This document shows positions 13,321-14,926 of a stretch of 14,926 nt of DNA, piece after piece. This DNA comes from Thermoplasmata archaeon. GTDB taxonomy: Archaea; Thermoplasmatota; Thermoplasmata; GCA-020350865. The stretch spans positions 3,169,315 to 3,184,240 of the forward strand of contig CP070751.1 in assembly GCA_020348445.1 (NCBI GenBank). The letters are read 5' to 3'. The notes under the pieces were generated by a model. It did no database searches, was not told the origin of the DNA, and worked only from the letters and a program-made list of their open reading frames with translations. Made by a program: the position numbers and the translations under genes. Numbering within the stretch: position 1 is the stretch's first letter; every line of letters starts with the position of its first letter.

Positions 13321-14926
13321 ATACATACGGATAATATCTGGCGAAGAGAGAAAAGGGTTAAAGCGCTAAAACGCTCATCTGTCGTAGTTTGCTTGCTTTT
13401 TATCATATCAATTATTATGTTCATTGCTCCTGATAAAAATCTAATACCAACCTCCATTGGTGCAACAATTTATGTTCCCACTGATTATCCCACAATACAG
13501 GAGGCGATCAATGCGGCCAAGGATGGGGATACTGTTTATGTCTACAGCGGGACATATTATGAGAATGTGGTAATGAATAAGACAATAAATCTCACAGGTG
13601 AAAATCAGGATACCACGATAATTGATGGCGGAAATATGGGAAATGTAATAAATGTTGTCGCGGACTGGGTAAACATCACAGAATTTACTCTTATAGGGAC
13701 TAGCCCCATGACTAGAACAGGTATAAAATTAGACAATGTCCAGAATTGTAGGGTTATGAACAACAATATGTCATCAAACAGTTGGGGTATCGATCTTGAT
13801 GATTCATCAAACAATATTGTTTTAGGCAATAATATATCGACCTATTGCGGCATCAATCTTTGGTTATCCAATAACAACAACATCACAAATAATAAGGTTA
13901 CACCATTGAATAGTCGATGGGGTATTCACGTTGGGCGTTCTTCCAATAATACAATTATAGGTAACAACATAGCCCCAGGTGGTATTCTTATAGGAGGATT
14001 ACAACTGTCACATTTCAATTCTCACAATATACCTACTAGCAATATTGTTAATGGAAAGCCTTTGTATTACTACAAGAATTGCAGCGGCTTTAATATCGAT
14101 GGGATACCAATCGGACAGTTGATTCTTGTCAATTGTTCAGATATCAACGCGAAAAACTTGCATATAAATAAGACCACGTATGGAATAAATGTTGCATACT
14201 CAATGAATATTAACATTACAGACAACAACGTCTCGGGTTGCTATTATGGTATAATTTGCTGGTATTCCAGCGGAATCAACATCTCTGGGAATAAGGTTTC
14301 AAAAGACCTTGTTGGCATCAAACTCATCTCGATATCAAACAGCAATATCACAAAAAATGATATGCCCCTTGAAGGTAATGAAGGTATAAGTCTTTATACA
14401 TCTTCAAACAATAATAATATAATCGGTAATAATGTTTCATTCAGTGAATGGGGGATTGAGCTTCGCGGTTCATCAAACAATAACAATGTGCGAGGTAACA
14501 ATTTATCTTATAATTTTTATAGCATCTCTCTTTCGTGGTCTTCAAGTAATAACACTATAACAAGCAACAAAGCATATTGGAACGGTTGGGGCATCATCAT
14601 TAAAGACTCGGACAATAACATTATTAAAAACAATACTATAATATTGAATTATTTGCGTGGCATAACACTCGAATCATCATCTGATAATAGGATATATCAT
14701 AACAATATTATTAATAATACCGATCAAGCATTCGATGATACCTATAATGGAAACCAATGGGATGATGGCTATCCGAGCGGCGGTAATTACTGGTCAGATT
14801 TCGATGAACCAAGTGAAGGGGCATATGACGATTATCTAGGACGAGAGCAAAATGTGGTGGGAAGGGATGGCATAGTTGATAATGGATCAGTTGCAGGTGG
14901 TGGTAAGAATCCATATGTTATAGATG
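13321..14926 (+). CDS. Secreted parallel beta-helix (NosD/CASH-type) surface protein, 3'-truncated by the window edge (not in ORF track)
   Basis: Frame 1 is open from 13309 to the window end: IHTDNIWRREKRVKALKRSSVVVCLLFIISIIMF...TIYVPTDYPTIQEAINAAKDGDTV...NIVNGKPLYYYKN..GQLILVNC...GGNYWSDFDEPSEGAYD...GGGKNPYVID. The first canonical codons are TTG 13393 and ATG 13417, so the start is uncertain. Confidence 0.92.
   Translation, partial: MHTDNIWRREKRVKALKRSSVVVCLLFIISIIMFIAPDKNLIPTSIGATIYVPTDYPTIQEAINAAKDGDTVYVYSGTYYENVVMNKTINLTGENQDTTIIDGGNMGNVINVVADWVNITEFTLIGTSPMTRTGIKLDNVQNCRVMNNNMSSNSWGIDLDDSSNNIVLGNNISTYCGINLWLSNNNNITNNKVTPLNSRWGIHVGRSSNNTIIGNNIAPGGILIGGLQLSHFNSHNIPTSNIVNGKPLYYYKNCSGFNIDGIPIGQLILVNCSDINAKNLHINKTTYGINVAYSMNINITDNNVSGCYYGIICWYSSGINISGNKVSKDLVGIKLISISNSNITKNDMPLEGNEGISLYTSSNNNNIIGNNVSFSEWGIELRGSSNNNNVRGNNLSYNFYSISLSWSSSNNTITSNKAYWNGWGIIIKDSDNNIIKNNTIILNYLRGITLESSSDNRIYHNNIINNTDQAFDDTYNGNQWDDGYPSGGNYWSDFDEPSEGAYDDYLGREQNVVGRDGIVDNGSVAGGGKNPYVID

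Noticed and set aside
13176-13457. 93-aa minus-strand ORF
   Set aside because: It is antisense to the promoter and signal-peptide region of the last beta-helix gene and has no recognisable motif.
1011-14914. Many short antisense or alternate-frame ORFs in the track (e.g. 1552..1839, 3798..4061, 4101..4331, 6238..6687, 6835..7305, 7082..7312, 11821..12066, 13605..13829)
   Set aside because: They are shadows of the Asn/Ile/Ser-rich periodic beta-helix codons, lie fully inside strong CDSs, and show no independent motifs.
83-14926. Calling the beta-helix genes nosD or pectate lyases
   Set aside because: Only the fold repeat is shared. There are no nosZ/F/Y/L neighbours and I identified no catalytic motif, so no gene symbol is given.

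Overview
An AT-rich archaeal-type window, judged from BRE/TATA promoters and GGAGGTGA Shine-Dalgarno sites; a Thermoplasmatota-like origin is inferred, not shown. It is a surface-protein locus with five paralogous secreted right-handed parallel beta-helix (NosD/CASH-type) genes on the + strand. The last is cut off by the window end and missing from the ORF track. They share an N-cap (TIYVP..YPTIQ.AI.AA.DGD type), a NYWSD...DG.(V/G)D linker and a duplicated GWN..P...G.GY C-terminal module; one also has CARDB and FN3-like domains. Two paralogous ~170-aa secreted acidic proteins ending in YG.(E/D)IDAVGW each precede a beta-helix gene, forming a duplicated two-gene module. A winged-HTH regulator lies on the - strand. 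The most unusual observations are: (1) three intact beta-helix genes have no in-frame ATG/GTG/TTG before their signal peptide, with ACG/ATA/GTA behind SD-like sites instead; (2) a ~110-nt conserved, apparently non-coding leader upstream of both small genes, with an SD-like hairpin loop; (3) palindromes abutting the BRE of both module promoters; (4) conserved gene ends around variable, recently expanded beta-helix coils. No RNA gene, mobile element, CRISPR array or reverse transcriptase was seen. Family assignments come from motif recognition, not database searches.
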